Shown here: positions 1 through 9,663 of the stretch, in pieces
Layout of the letters: the number at the start of each line of letters is the position of its first letter
How positions within the stretch are numbered: the first letter of the stretch is position 1
DNA from: Candidatus Kapaibacterium sp.
Lineage (GTDB): Bacteria > Bacteroidota > Ignavibacteria > Palsa-1295
Reading direction: 5' to 3'
Length of the DNA: 64,000 nucleotides
NCBI GenBank assembly: GCA_046590205.1
Contig: JBKJTT010000037.1
Location: forward strand, 5,888-69,887
The notes under the pieces: model-generated
Database searches by the model: none
What the model was told of the DNA's origin: nothing
What the model saw: only the letters and a program-made list of their open reading frames with translations
Program-made: the position numbers and the translations under genes

Positions 1-869
1 ACTTCATCATAAATTAGTAGCGCATCATTCTCATCTGCGAGTGTGCGAAGTGTCTGATGGAAATTCTCGGAGAAATAATTATCGCCGCCCTCACCTTGAA
101 TCGGCTCGATGATGATCGCAGCGATCTGATCAGGATGATTCATAAACGCTTCCTTCATCTGCATGAGCGATGCTTCTTCCGCGTCCTTTGCTTTAGCGAG
201 ATTCACATCATTGAGCGGGAAGGTCAGGAACGGTGCATCAATGCGAGGCCAATCCTTGAACTTCGGGAAGTACATCGTCTTCACGGGGTCAGTGTTCGTA
301 AGTGAGAGCGCATACCCGTTTCGTCCGTGAAACCCATGACGGAAGTGCATGATAAGCTGACCGCGTTCTGTCGTATAACCTTTCAGGAAGTTCTTTCGAA
401 CCTTCCAATCGAATGCAACCTTGAGCGCATTCTCTATCGCCGCGCCGCCGCCTTCGATGAGAAACAAGTGAGGCAAATATTCAGGAATCGCAACTTGACT
501 GAACGTCTCAACAAACTCTGCCATCTCGACGGTATAGGCATCAGAACTTGAGGGTTTATTTATCGCTGCTCCAATCATTCGCTCACGTAGATCAGCCGTC
601 ATCATCTTCGGATGATTTAACCCGACAGGACCTGATGCGAAGAACGTGAAGAAATCTAGGAAGCGCTTACCTGTGCGAGCGTCGTAGATGAAGTTGCCCT
701 GCGATTTATTCAGGTCAACAACAAGATCAAAGCCATCAACGAGCAAATGTTTTGCAAGCGACTCATGCACTTTATCAGGAGCAATATGCACCGAACGAGA
801 AGACATCGTCTCGAGCGTATTCTTTATCTCACTAGTTGTGCGAACTTCTACTGTATTTGTCTTTAGCAT
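1..869 (-). CDS. lat: L-lysine 6-transaminase (class III PLP aminotransferase), runs off the window start
   Basis: Manual translation from ATG at 869: MLKTNTVEV...VHESLAKHLLVDGFDLVVDL...RFLDFFTFFASGPVGLNHPKM..., later NALKVAFDWK and FHGRNGYALSLTN, typical of LAT. Not in the ORF track because there is no stop inside the window. Confidence 0.85.
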   Translation of the reverse strand, partial: MLKTNTVEVRTTSEIKNTLETMSSRSVHIAPDKVHESLAKHLLVDGFDLVVDLNKSQGNFIYDARTGKRFLDFFTFFASGPVGLNHPKMMTADLRERMIGAAINKPSSSDAYTVEMAEFVETFSQVAIPEYLPHLFLIEGGGAAIENALKVAFDWKVRKNFLKGYTTERGQLIMHFRHGFHGRNGYALSLTNTDPVKTMYFPKFKDWPRIDAPFLTFPLNDVNLAKAKDAEEASLMQMKEAFMNHPDQIAAIIIEPIQGEGGDNYFSENFHQTLRTLADENDALLIYDE

Positions 870-961
870 ATTAGTACTCCTATATTCTTCTTCGCTAAGA
901 AATGCAAAAGGCAGTCCATTGTGTAAGGACTGCCTTTTTACTACTTCAACTGTCCTTACGA

Positions 962-2845
962 TTATTTCAACGAAGCAAGGACTTCTTCCACCTTATCAAC
1001 GATCTCCGACGAAGTGAAGGGCAAGCCCTCAACTTTATTGATGCTAATAACATCAATAAGAAACTCCGAACGGATGATACGGCTAAGTTGACCAAGATTC
1101 AACTCCGGTATGATGATCTTCTCAAAGTTCTTAAGAATATCACCAAGATCAGGGGGAAGCGGATTGATCCAACGCAAGTGCGCTGCCGATACACCCTTCG
1201 ATGCAAGTTGCTCTTGTGCTGTTGTGATCGAGCCGTATGTACCACCCCATCCAAGGAGAAGCACTTTCCCGCTCTTTGCGCCGAGTATTTCTGTCGGCGC
1301 AATATCCTTCGCAATTCCTTTTACTTTCTCTGCGCGAAGACGAACCATGAAGTCATGGTTTGCTGGCTCGTAGTTTACGTTACCTGTGATGTGCTGCTTT
1401 TCCAAGCCGCCGATGCGATGTTCTAAACCGGATGTGCCCGGTATAGCCCACGGACGAGCATTATTCTCATCACGAGCATATGGCATGAACTCATCACTTG
1501 TTGACTGCGTCAACCGCTTTGTGACGATCTCCGGAAGCGTATCAGCATCAGGAATAAGCCATGGCTCTGCACCGTTTGCGATGTAACCGTCTGTCAATAG
1601 AATAACAGGCACCATGTACTTGAGCGCGATCTTCGTCGCTTCGTATGCAGCTGCAAAACAATCTACAGGGCTTTTCGCCGCAATAACTGCAACAGGGCAC
1701 TCGCCGTTACGTCCGTAAAGAGCTTGCATAAGATCTGCTTGCTCTGTTTTTGTTGGAAGGCCTGTTGAAGGACCGCCGCGCTGAACGTCAACGATGATAA
1801 GCGGAAGCTCTGTCATTACTGCAAGTCCGATAGCTTCTGCTTTAAGCGCAAGCCCCGGACCGGACGTGGTCGTGAGTGCAATGCTTCCTGTATAAGCAGC
1901 ACCGATAGCAGATGCAATACCTGCAATCTCGTCTTCTGCTTGAAATGTCTTTACGCCGAAGTTTTTATACTTCGATAGCTCATGTAAAATATCCGATGCA
2001 GGAGTGATAGGATATGAACCTAAAAATATCGGAAGCCCTGACTTCACTGATGCAGCAACGAAGCCGAGTGCTGTTGCTTCGTTACCCATGATGTTGCGGT
2101 ACTTACCCGGTGTGAATTTCGCTGGCTTAATCTCGTAACGTGCAGAGAAAAGCTCTGCTGTTTCGCCGAGATAGTATCCTGCCTTGAGCGAACGAACGTT
2201 CGCCTCATAGACCTGCTCGTTCTTTCCGAATTTCTCTTTAAGCCACTGGAGCGTTGGCTCCATCGGGCGATTATAGAGCCAGTAAAGAAGACCGAGCGCA
2301 ACCATATTCTTGGAGCGTCCGCCTTCTTTTGTGCCCATCTTCAGATCACGTACAGAATCGAGTGTGATCTTCGTAAGCGGAAATTTATAGACCGTATATC
2401 CTGCAAGTGTTTCATCAGTCAACGGATTGACATCATACTTTGCAAGCTTCAGGTTCTTCTCATCAAAGGCATCTTCATTGAGAATAATAATGCCGCCTTT
2501 TTTTAGCTGACCTAAGTTCACCTTCAATGCAGCAGGATTCATCGCAACGAGAACATCAGGATGATCACCGGGTGTATGAATATCTCTCGATGAAAAATGC
2601 ACCTGGAAACCTGATACTCCATAAAGAGTACCGATGGGTGCGCGAATCTCTGCTGGATAATCAGGGAAAGTCGAAAGGTCATTGCCGATGAGCGCAGTCG
2701 TATTCGTGAACTGCGTACCCGTAAGCTGCATACCGTCACCGGAGTCACCAGCAAAACGGATGGTTACGTCTTCGAGAATTTCTATTGGGCGTTTGGTTTG
2801 TCCGAGTGATTCGGGCTTGCCGTTAACTGCTACGTCGCTTGCCAT
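962..2845 (-). CDS. korA: 2-oxoacid:acceptor oxidoreductase subunit alpha (gamma-alpha fusion)
   Basis: RFAGDSGDGMQLTG, YPAEIRAP, GNEATALG, YPITPAS, QAEDEIA, DVQRGGPSTGLPTK motifs. Confidence 0.93.
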   Translation of the reverse strand: MASDVAVNGKPESLGQTKRPIEILEDVTIRFAGDSGDGMQLTGTQFTNTTALIGNDLSTFPDYPAEIRAPIGTLYGVSGFQVHFSSRDIHTPGDHPDVLVAMNPAALKVNLGQLKKGGIIILNEDAFDEKNLKLAKYDVNPLTDETLAGYTVYKFPLTKITLDSVRDLKMGTKEGGRSKNMVALGLLYWLYNRPMEPTLQWLKEKFGKNEQVYEANVRSLKAGYYLGETAELFSARYEIKPAKFTPGKYRNIMGNEATALGFVAASVKSGLPIFLGSYPITPASDILHELSKYKNFGVKTFQAEDEIAGIASAIGAAYTGSIALTTTSGPGLALKAEAIGLAVMTELPLIIVDVQRGGPSTGLPTKTEQADLMQALYGRNGECPVAVIAAKSPVDCFAAAYEATKIALKYMVPVILLTDGYIANGAEPWLIPDADTLPEIVTKRLTQSTSDEFMPYARDENNARPWAIPGTSGLEHRIGGLEKQHITGNVNYEPANHDFMVRLRAEKVKGIAKDIAPTEILGAKSGKVLLLGWGGTYGSITTAQEQLASKGVSAAHLRWINPLPPDLGDILKNFEKIIIPELNLGQLSRIIRSEFLIDVISINKVEGLPFTSSEIVDKVEEVLASLK

Positions 2846-3020
2846 AAGTGCTCTGAATATATACGGTTAGAATAATAATAAAATATGCGTTAAATATAGC
2901 TCATTAAGAACAGTAAACTCCTGAAAGCGGTTCGGAACAGGTAATACTTCTGTATTGCTGAGTGATTAGTATAGTAATCGTATTTTTGCACCAAGATTCC
3001 ATAACAAGAAACGCACAACC

Positions 3021-3274
3021 ATGTCTGCATCTAATACAAAGATCGGCAACGTCACGGGAGCGAGCTCATCACTTGCGCTCGCCGAAGAGAATAAAATAAC
3101 ATCCATCGCTTCCCTGCCAACAGCGCGGGGTACTTTCACTTCCCGCTTGAAGAGTGCGCTAAGATTATCTTGGGCACAATAAAAGAATCCGCACCAAATT
3201 TCAAGACGATTGACCATGTCGTCGTCTGTCTCTACGATAAAGAGACCTTCGGAGAGTTCAATAAGATTTTATAA
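3021..3274 (+). pseudogene. Truncated, frameshifted macrodomain (O-acetyl-ADP-ribose deacetylase-like) remnant
   Basis: Frame 1 gives SLALAEENKITSIA. Restoring one T at about 3110 continues FPANSAGYFHFPLEECAKIILGTIKE...IDHVVVCLYDKETFGEFNKIL*, matching the macrodomain SIAFPAISTG..FP motif and C-terminal strand-helix. The N-terminal half is absent. Confidence 0.7.
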
Positions 3275-3302
3275 TGTAGGGGCACACCGAAGTGTGCCCT
3301 CT
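3275..3302. repeat. GTAG-family REP-like palindrome (single copy)
   Basis: tGTAGGGGCACAccgaagTGTGCCCtct; same family as the doublet at 9413-9488. Confidence 0.65.
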
Positions 3303-3312
3303 TTACAAATTC

Positions 3313-3795
3313 TTATGCACCTTCAACGTGCATTTGCTGGGCAAGGTAATTTGCGATGCCTATCTCTTCGATAATCCCAAGCTGACCTTCAAGCCAATCA
3401 ACATGCTTATCTTCATCAATAAGGATATGTTCGAAGAGTTCGCGGCTTGCGCTATCACCTGCTTCGAGTGCAAGCGAGATACAACTGTTCAGACGTGGAA
3501 TTGCTTCATATTCAAGTTGTAAGTCATTCTCAAGCTGCTGCTTGACGGTCTTGCCGATATTAATTTTGAAGTAATCGGTCACATTCGGAATGCCTTCCAA
3601 AAAGAGAATACGCTCGATGAGCTTCTCGGCATGGATCATCTCATCAATGCTCTCTTTTTTGACATACTTTGCAAGACGCATATATCCCCAGTTCTCGCAC
3701 ATCTCCGCGTGAAGGAAGTACTGATTGATAGCGGTCAATTCGCCTTTGAGGACTTCGTTCAAAGCATCTATAATTCTCGGATCAGTTGGTTTCAT
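3313..3795 (-). CDS. bfr: Bacterioferritin
   Basis: ELTAINQYFLH, ESIDEMIHAEKLIERILFLEG, DEDKHVDWLE ferroxidase and heme-Met motifs. Confidence 0.96.
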   Translation of the reverse strand: MKPTDPRIIDALNEVLKGELTAINQYFLHAEMCENWGYMRLAKYVKKESIDEMIHAEKLIERILFLEGIPNVTDYFKINIGKTVKQQLENDLQLEYEAIPRLNSCISLALEAGDSASRELFEHILIDEDKHVDWLEGQLGIIEEIGIANYLAQQMHVEGA

Positions 3796-3870
3796 GTTGG
3801 TTGAGTCAAATTAATTACTTCAAAAATACCACATCTTTCGGCTCGCCACGCAAAGTTCGCTACGCATATC

Positions 3871-3993
3871 AGATAGAGATTTAATCTTAATACCAGCCGA
3901 TATTGCCCGATTCCTTGAATTACGTTCGTAATTTCGTGTTAGAAATAGAACTAAAGTAACGGAATTTTTGTAATTAAGACTGAGTCTAAATAA
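3871..3993. promoter_or_regulatory. Two candidate Fur-family operators in the divergent bfr/fur region
   Basis: AGATT-T-AATCT at 3877-3887 and TAATTAAGACT-G-AGTCTAAATAA at 3971-3993. Both have the same dyad core and spacing; the second ends 4 nt before the fur ATG. Confidence 0.6.
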
Positions 3994-3997
3994 GACG

Positions 3998-4564
3998 ATG
4001 ACGGCTAACGAAAACGAACCAAAACCGAAGAAAACGAAGGAAGTAATTGAAGAAACCGTAAAGGCGACTCCGCATGAAATCTTCAGAAAATTCCTGAAGG
4101 ACGGCGAGTACAGGATTACACCCGAACGATTCGAGGTTTTGGATGCGGTGATGGAATGGGACGATCACTTCGACGCGGATAATCTCTTCATCTATTTGAA
4201 GAATCACAACTCGAAGGTCTCAAGAGCGACGGTGTACAAAACACTCAACCTCTTGCATGAATGCGGACTTGTTTCGCGTTACCGTTTCAGCCAAGGACAT
4301 GCACAGTACGAAAAGACTGTTGACCGTCCGCATCACGATCATCTTATCTGCACCACATGTGCGAAGATCATCGAGTTCGATAACGCTCGTGTCGTACAGA
4401 TGCAAAATGATATTTGCATTGCGTATGGTTTTAAGCCGCTCTATCATTCTTTTCAAATTTTTAGCCAATGCTTGGACGGCGCAACCGATATACAAGATTG
4501 CGAGTATGCCCGTCAACGCAAAGTGGCGCTCATGAACCCGCATAAGCGGAACATTGTACATTAG
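3998..4564 (+). CDS. fur: Fur-family transcriptional regulator
   Basis: RITPER, HFDAD, SRATVYKTL, HHDHLICTTC; flanked by bfr and an FTR1 permease. Confidence 0.9.
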   Translation: MTANENEPKPKKTKEVIEETVKATPHEIFRKFLKDGEYRITPERFEVLDAVMEWDDHFDADNLFIYLKNHNSKVSRATVYKTLNLLHECGLVSRYRFSQGHAQYEKTVDRPHHDHLICTTCAKIIEFDNARVVQMQNDICIAYGFKPLYHSFQIFSQCLDGATDIQDCEYARQRKVALMNPHKRNIVH

Positions 4565-4566
4565 CT

Positions 4567-5364
4567 ATGTTCGAATCGTTACTCAACGCATTTCTTATCA
4601 GTTTTCGTGAAGGTATTGAAGCTGTGCTCGTTGTGATGACAGTACTCGTCGTCCTTCGTAAACGCGGCGAAGAAAAAATGCGAAAGGTAACAATAGCCGC
4701 AGTCATCGCTGCCATCGTCGCCTGTTCTGCGACTGCCTACGCCCTCGGCTCGATAGCACTTGTCAATAATCCCGAACTCGAAGTCGCTCTCTACGGCATG
4801 GCTGCCCTTGCTGTGCTTACTATGGTGATATGGATGATGCGAACTGGCAAATCGTTTAAGAAGGAAATCGAAACGAAGGTTACATCTTATAGTAGCAACT
4901 CATCGCTTTGGGCTGCTATTGGTTTGTTCAGCTTTGTCTTTTTTATGGTAGCACGCGAAGGGTTCGAACTCTCGCTCTTTTTGCTTGCCTTCGGCTCCGG
5001 GATAGGCGGATGGTACTATGTGCTTGCAATGATCGCCGGACTCGCTGGTTCGATAGGTATTGGCTACTTGCTCTCAAAAGGCGTGCTCAAAGTGAACGTA
5101 GGAAAATTCTTACAAGCAACGGCATTCATACTTCTCATACTTGTCATTCAACTTTTGTTTGATTTTATGCACGAAGGAATGGAAGCAGGAATACTTCCGG
5201 AACCGTCAAACCAGAGTGTAGTGAACTTCATTGATTATCTATCGCATGATCTCCCTATCTTTTCATATATCGCTATCGCTGGTTTCCTCGGTATCATTGG
5301 GTATTATGCTATCCGTTCCATCAGCACAAAAGAATCAATGCCTGCTGCAGTCAAGAGCAACTGA
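4567..5364 (+). CDS. FTR1/EfeU-family high-affinity iron permease
   Basis: Two RExxE motifs (FREGIE, AREGFE) and about 7 hydrophobic segments. Confidence 0.9.
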   Translation: MFESLLNAFLISFREGIEAVLVVMTVLVVLRKRGEEKMRKVTIAAVIAAIVACSATAYALGSIALVNNPELEVALYGMAALAVLTMVIWMMRTGKSFKKEIETKVTSYSSNSSLWAAIGLFSFVFFMVAREGFELSLFLLAFGSGIGGWYYVLAMIAGLAGSIGIGYLLSKGVLKVNVGKFLQATAFILLILVIQLLFDFMHEGMEAGILPEPSNQSVVNFIDYLSHDLPIFSYIAIAGFLGIIGYYAIRSISTKESMPAAVKSN

Positions 5365-5457
5365 TAACATAATAATCAAGATGACTCCGGACTTCAGACG
5401 TTGGACTCCGGACATCCCCAAAGAATCATATTTCCATTCTCTGTTGTTATCACACCC

Positions 5458-6630
5458 ATGAAAAAAATAATCCTCGTAGTACTTGTTCTTTCTGCACATA
5501 TTGCATCGGCACAAATATCTGATACAGCATCGAACGGTGTTTATAAACTCGTCTCCCCTTCGATAGGCGTTATCATTCCGAAGGGTAATCAGGATAACTC
5601 CGGTATTGATGTGGCAAAGCAATTCCCCGGTGCGAAGCCATTACCACAGGATAAATACGACTCACGCGAGAAGCACCTCAAAAACATACAACAACTCACT
5701 TTCGCTGGTGAGAATGCCGAAGCGTATTGGAGCTTTGATGAAAAGCACTTGAGCTTTCAGGCACGCGGCGATAAGAAGGGTTCATGCGATCAGATATTTA
5801 CCATGACTGACGACGGCAAGAACGTCAAACGCATCTCAACTGGGTATGGAAGAACAACATGTGCGTACTACTACCCAACCGGCGACCAGATACTTTATGC
5901 GTCAACGCATGAACATTACAACAGTGAATGTCCGCCCGAACCGGATATGTCCAAGGGATACGTGTGGGCGCTCTATAGAGGATTCGATATTCACATAGCC
6001 GATACCAACGGACGCCTTATCAGCCGCATTACACGCGACTCAACAAGCTACGACGCCGAAGCAACGATTTCACCCAAAGGGGATAATATAGTCTTCACAA
6101 GTACGATGGACGGCGACATTGAAATGTATTCGCTCTCACTCGACGGGAAAAACAATTTTACACGCTTGACCGATGAGCCAGGTTATGATGGCGGCGCATT
6201 CTATTCATTTGACGGGAAAAAAATTGTCTATCGCGCATCACGTCCGAAAGGAAAAGACCTTGAGACATTCAAGCAATTACTTAGAGAAGGATTCGTACGC
6301 CCTTCTGCACTTGAGATAATGGTGATGGATGCAGACGGAAAAAACAAAACGCAAGTAACCAGTAACGGCAAAGCAAACTTCGGACCGTTCTTTCATCCTG
6401 ACGGCAAACGTATCATCTTTAGTTCAAACATGGACGACCCAAAAGGACGCGAGTTTGATATTTACATGATCCGCATTGACGGCAAAGGTCTCGAACGCAT
6501 CACTTACACAGGCGGCTTCAATGGCTTCCCTATGTTCACAAGAGACGGTAAAAAGTTAGTCTTCTGCTCGAACAGAAACCCCTCACATCCAAACAACACA
6601 AACATCTTCGTAGCTGATTGGGTGGAATAG
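5458..6630 (+). CDS. Secreted TolB-like/PD40 beta-propeller protein
   Basis: Signal peptide MKKIILVVLVLSAHIASAQ; repeated SPKG/SFDGK/HPDGK/TRDGK propeller blades; ENAEAYWSFD. Confidence 0.85.
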   Translation: MKKIILVVLVLSAHIASAQISDTASNGVYKLVSPSIGVIIPKGNQDNSGIDVAKQFPGAKPLPQDKYDSREKHLKNIQQLTFAGENAEAYWSFDEKHLSFQARGDKKGSCDQIFTMTDDGKNVKRISTGYGRTTCAYYYPTGDQILYASTHEHYNSECPPEPDMSKGYVWALYRGFDIHIADTNGRLISRITRDSTSYDAEATISPKGDNIVFTSTMDGDIEMYSLSLDGKNNFTRLTDEPGYDGGAFYSFDGKKIVYRASRPKGKDLETFKQLLREGFVRPSALEIMVMDADGKNKTQVTSNGKANFGPFFHPDGKRIIFSSNMDDPKGREFDIYMIRIDGKGLERITYTGGFNGFPMFTRDGKKLVFCSNRNPSHPNNTNIFVADWVE

Positions 6631-6638
6631 GGTTTCTT

Positions 6639-6710
6639 ACCGCCAAGACAGAAAGGCACAAATAACACCAAGAATTTCTTGGCGAACTTAGTGCCTTGGC
6701 GACTTGGTGG
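6639..6710. repeat. Imperfect CCAAG/CTTGG inverted-repeat element between convergent genes
   Basis: ccgccaaga...caccaagaatttcttggcg...ccttggcgacttggtgg. Confidence 0.5.
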
Positions 6711-9338
6711 TTACTTCCTCTTCCTTGTCGTTGTAACCTTCTTCTCCTTGAGCGCGACCTTCTCTGCCGGTGTCTTTGTATCAAAGACGATCTGCATTGC
6801 TTGGTCTATGCGTTCGATGGGGATGATGTTCAGCCCTTTTAATACCTGCTTTGGTATTTCGGTAAGTGTCTTCCGATTCTCTTCGGGGATGAGAACAATC
6901 TTGATGCCCTCGCGCTGTGCGGCAAGGAGCTTCTCCTGCAATCCGCCGATAGCAAGTACATTTCCGCGAAGCGTGACTTCGCCTGTCATTGCAATGTCGC
7001 CACGAACGGGCTTGCCTGTGAGTGCTGATGTCATTGCAACGGTCATGGTAATACCTGCCGATGGACCATCTTTCGGAATCGCGCCTTCAGGGAAGTGAGC
7101 ATGAATTTCCTTATCCTTCATGAAGTTCGGCTTTAAGCCAAGCTCTTTTGCTCTTGAGCGAATGTACGAAAGCGCGGCTTGCGCCGATTCTTTCATCACA
7201 TCACCAAGCTGACCTGTAAGCGAAAGTTTTTCCGTGCCTGACATGATAAGCACTTCGACAGGAAGCACATCACCGCCTGTTGATGTCCATGCTAGGCCCA
7301 TCACTGCGCCGACTTTATGGTCAAGCTCTTTTTTCGCTGTCTGGTATTTCTCAATGCCGAGATACTCGACAACTTTCTTATCATCAACCTCAAGTTTGAA
7401 ATCAGGATTGATGGATAATTTTTGGCGTGGCGGAGCTTCTGTTTCAGGAGCAGTCGCGCCTTCGAGCTTCCCTTCTTCTGTTACGATAACTTCTGAAAGG
7501 TCTTTCGACTTCGCATCTTCCTTGACAACATACGCATCAGCAACAGCAAGACGCGCGATCTTTCGGCAAGCAGTTGCGATCTTGCGAACAAGCTCACGCA
7601 CACCAGCTTCCTCGGTATAGTTACGAATGATCTTAAGTATCGAAGCATCGGTGAAGTTCACGTTCTCTTTCGGCAAGCCATGCGCTTCAAGCTGTGTAGG
7701 GATGATATGCGTCTTCGCAATCTCAAGCTTTTCATGTTCGAGGTAACCAGGAAGTTCTATGACTTCCATTCTATCTAAAAGCGGAAGCGGAATGTTATAC
7801 TTCACATTCGCTGTCGTCACAAAGAACACATTCGAGAGATCGTAATCAACTTCGAGATAATGATCGTTGAATGTATGGTTCTGCTCTGGGTCAAGAACTT
7901 CAAGTAATGCTGACGACGGGTCGCCACGGAAATCCGTTGACATCTTATCAATTTCATCAAGCAAGATAACAGGGTTCGTTACGCCTGCCCTCTTCATTGA
8001 CTGAATGATTTTCCCCGGAAGCGCACCGATATATGTACGACGATGACCGCGAATCTCTGCTTCATCACGCACTCCACCAAGGGAGATGCGAACGAACTCA
8101 CGTCCGAGCGACTTCGCAATAGAACGAGCAAGCGACGTCTTGCCAACGCCCGGCGGACCAACGAGACAGAGTATCTGCCCTTTCATTTTGTCAACCAAGT
8201 TCAGAACAGCGATGTGTTCTAAGATGCGGTCTTTCGGTTTTTCAAGTCCGTAATGATCGGCTTCGAGCACTGCCTTTACAGTATCGATATTCAAATTATC
8301 AGCACTGCGCTTATGCCACGGCACACCGACAAGCATTTCGAGATACGTACGTATAACACCTGACTCCGGCGACATAGCCGGTGTCTTCTTTAAGCGTTCT
8401 ATCTCTTCATCTGCCTTGACCTGCACTGCTTCAGGGAGTTTTGCATCTTTAATTTGCAGTGCAAGTTTCCCGAGTTCAGGATGTTCATCAAGTGCATCTC
8501 CATCGAGTTCATTCTGCAACGCCTTCATCTGTTCATAGATAAAATATTTGCGCTGCGTTTTCTGAATGGTGTTCTGCACCTTCTGGTCAATGTCCTGCTC
8601 TATCTTGAGTATATCGATCTCACTTGCAAGAAGCGCAGAGATATGCAAGTACTGCTCACGAATATCGGTAAGCTCTAATACTTTCTGCTTCGATTGCAAA
8701 TCTTTGGCAATGTGTGCCGCAATGTAAAAGAGTTTGCGGCGCGGGTCTGTCATGTTCTCAAAGCTCATCAGCACTTCCGGCGGATGCGACGGGGCTTGGC
8801 GCATGTACTCGCGGAACTGGTCACCCGTATGTCTAACAAGTGCGATAAGCTCTTTATGATCGAGATCGGTCGGCTTGATAATATCAACTTCTGCTTCAAT
8901 GTGTCCGTCGCTCTCGTAATAATTCTTCACGAGTGCTTGCTCAAGTCCGTCAACGAGTACTTTTACAAGTCCGTTAGGAAGTGAGATAACGCGGACAACA
9001 CGAGCGAACGTACCATGACGGTAAAGGTCTTCCTTTGGCGGATCATCGGATGCCGAGTTCTTTTGCGCGACAAGGAAAATATACTTCTGCTCTTTTGCTA
9101 TCGCTGCGCGAGTTGCCGAGAGCGATGACTCGCGACCGACAAGCACAGGAAATACCATGTACGGAAAGATAACGACATCGCGAAGCGTCAGGACGGGGAC
9201 TCTGGACGGGACATCGATAACATCGATCGGTTCGGGGATAGACGACAGGTCAACTTGCGTCGTTACCTGTTCAAGCTCTACTTTCGGCTCAAGCGCTAAT
9301 TGCTTCGCCGATTTCTTTTTGGTGGTTGTTTTTGCCAT
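6711..9338 (-). CDS. lon: ATP-dependent protease La (Lon)
   Basis: LON N domain, Walker A GPPGVGKTS, GHRRTYIGA, LLDEIDK, PKDGPSAG; likely start MAKTTT at 9338. Confidence 0.97.
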   Translation of the reverse strand: MAKTTTKKKSAKQLALEPKVELEQVTTQVDLSSIPEPIDVIDVPSRVPVLTLRDVVIFPYMVFPVLVGRESSLSATRAAIAKEQKYIFLVAQKNSASDDPPKEDLYRHGTFARVVRVISLPNGLVKVLVDGLEQALVKNYYESDGHIEAEVDIIKPTDLDHKELIALVRHTGDQFREYMRQAPSHPPEVLMSFENMTDPRRKLFYIAAHIAKDLQSKQKVLELTDIREQYLHISALLASEIDILKIEQDIDQKVQNTIQKTQRKYFIYEQMKALQNELDGDALDEHPELGKLALQIKDAKLPEAVQVKADEEIERLKKTPAMSPESGVIRTYLEMLVGVPWHKRSADNLNIDTVKAVLEADHYGLEKPKDRILEHIAVLNLVDKMKGQILCLVGPPGVGKTSLARSIAKSLGREFVRISLGGVRDEAEIRGHRRTYIGALPGKIIQSMKRAGVTNPVILLDEIDKMSTDFRGDPSSALLEVLDPEQNHTFNDHYLEVDYDLSNVFFVTTANVKYNIPLPLLDRMEVIELPGYLEHEKLEIAKTHIIPTQLEAHGLPKENVNFTDASILKIIRNYTEEAGVRELVRKIATACRKIARLAVADAYVVKEDAKSKDLSEVIVTEEGKLEGATAPETEAPPRQKLSINPDFKLEVDDKKVVEYLGIEKYQTAKKELDHKVGAVMGLAWTSTGGDVLPVEVLIMSGTEKLSLTGQLGDVMKESAQAALSYIRSRAKELGLKPNFMKDKEIHAHFPEGAIPKDGPSAGITMTVAMTSALTGKPVRGDIAMTGEVTLRGNVLAIGGLQEKLLAAQREGIKIVLIPEENRKTLTEIPKQVLKGLNIIPIERIDQAMQIVFDTKTPAEKVALKEKKVTTTRKRK

Positions 9339-9412
9339 ACCTTCCTTTAACAAATCTTTTGCCAAAGTGTGCGATTTTGGTGAGGGTAAGAACAAATGAC
9401 GAATTTCTTACC

Positions 9413-9488
9413 GTAGGGGCACATTGAATGTGCCCCTCTTCAAGATTAGAAAAAACTAAGAGGACAGGCACATTCAATGCGCCCCTAC
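9413..9488. repeat. REPIN-like inverted doublet of GTAG REP palindromes
   Basis: GTAGGGGCACATTGAATGTGCCCC ... GGCACATTCAATGCGCCCCTAC. Confidence 0.75.
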
Positions 9489-9490
9489 AT

Positions 9491-9617
9491 ACTGACATTT
9501 TGTCAGTTACAACTGACATTTTGTCAAAGTAACTGACAATTTGTCACTGGTGCGATGAATATACACGTCAATTTAACTCGATTTTGGGTGTTTTTCGCTT
9601 TGGCACGATTTTTCATT
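9491..9617 (+). promoter_or_regulatory. Three TGACA-N3-TGTCA dyads followed by a sigma54-like -24/-12 element upstream of hsp20-dnaK
   Basis: ctgacattttgtcag, ctgacattttgtcaa and ctgacaatttgtcac at about 20-21 bp pitch; TGGCACGATTTTTCA at 9601-9615. Confidence 0.65.
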
Positions 9618-9663
9618 AGTATTTATTATAACCAAAACAATTTGATAGAAAGGAAACACAACA

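Noticed and set aside
9491-9550. Three repeats that could be read as a mini-CRISPR
   Set aside because: Units are about 15 bp with 5-6 bp spacers and no cas genes are present; fits operator sites.
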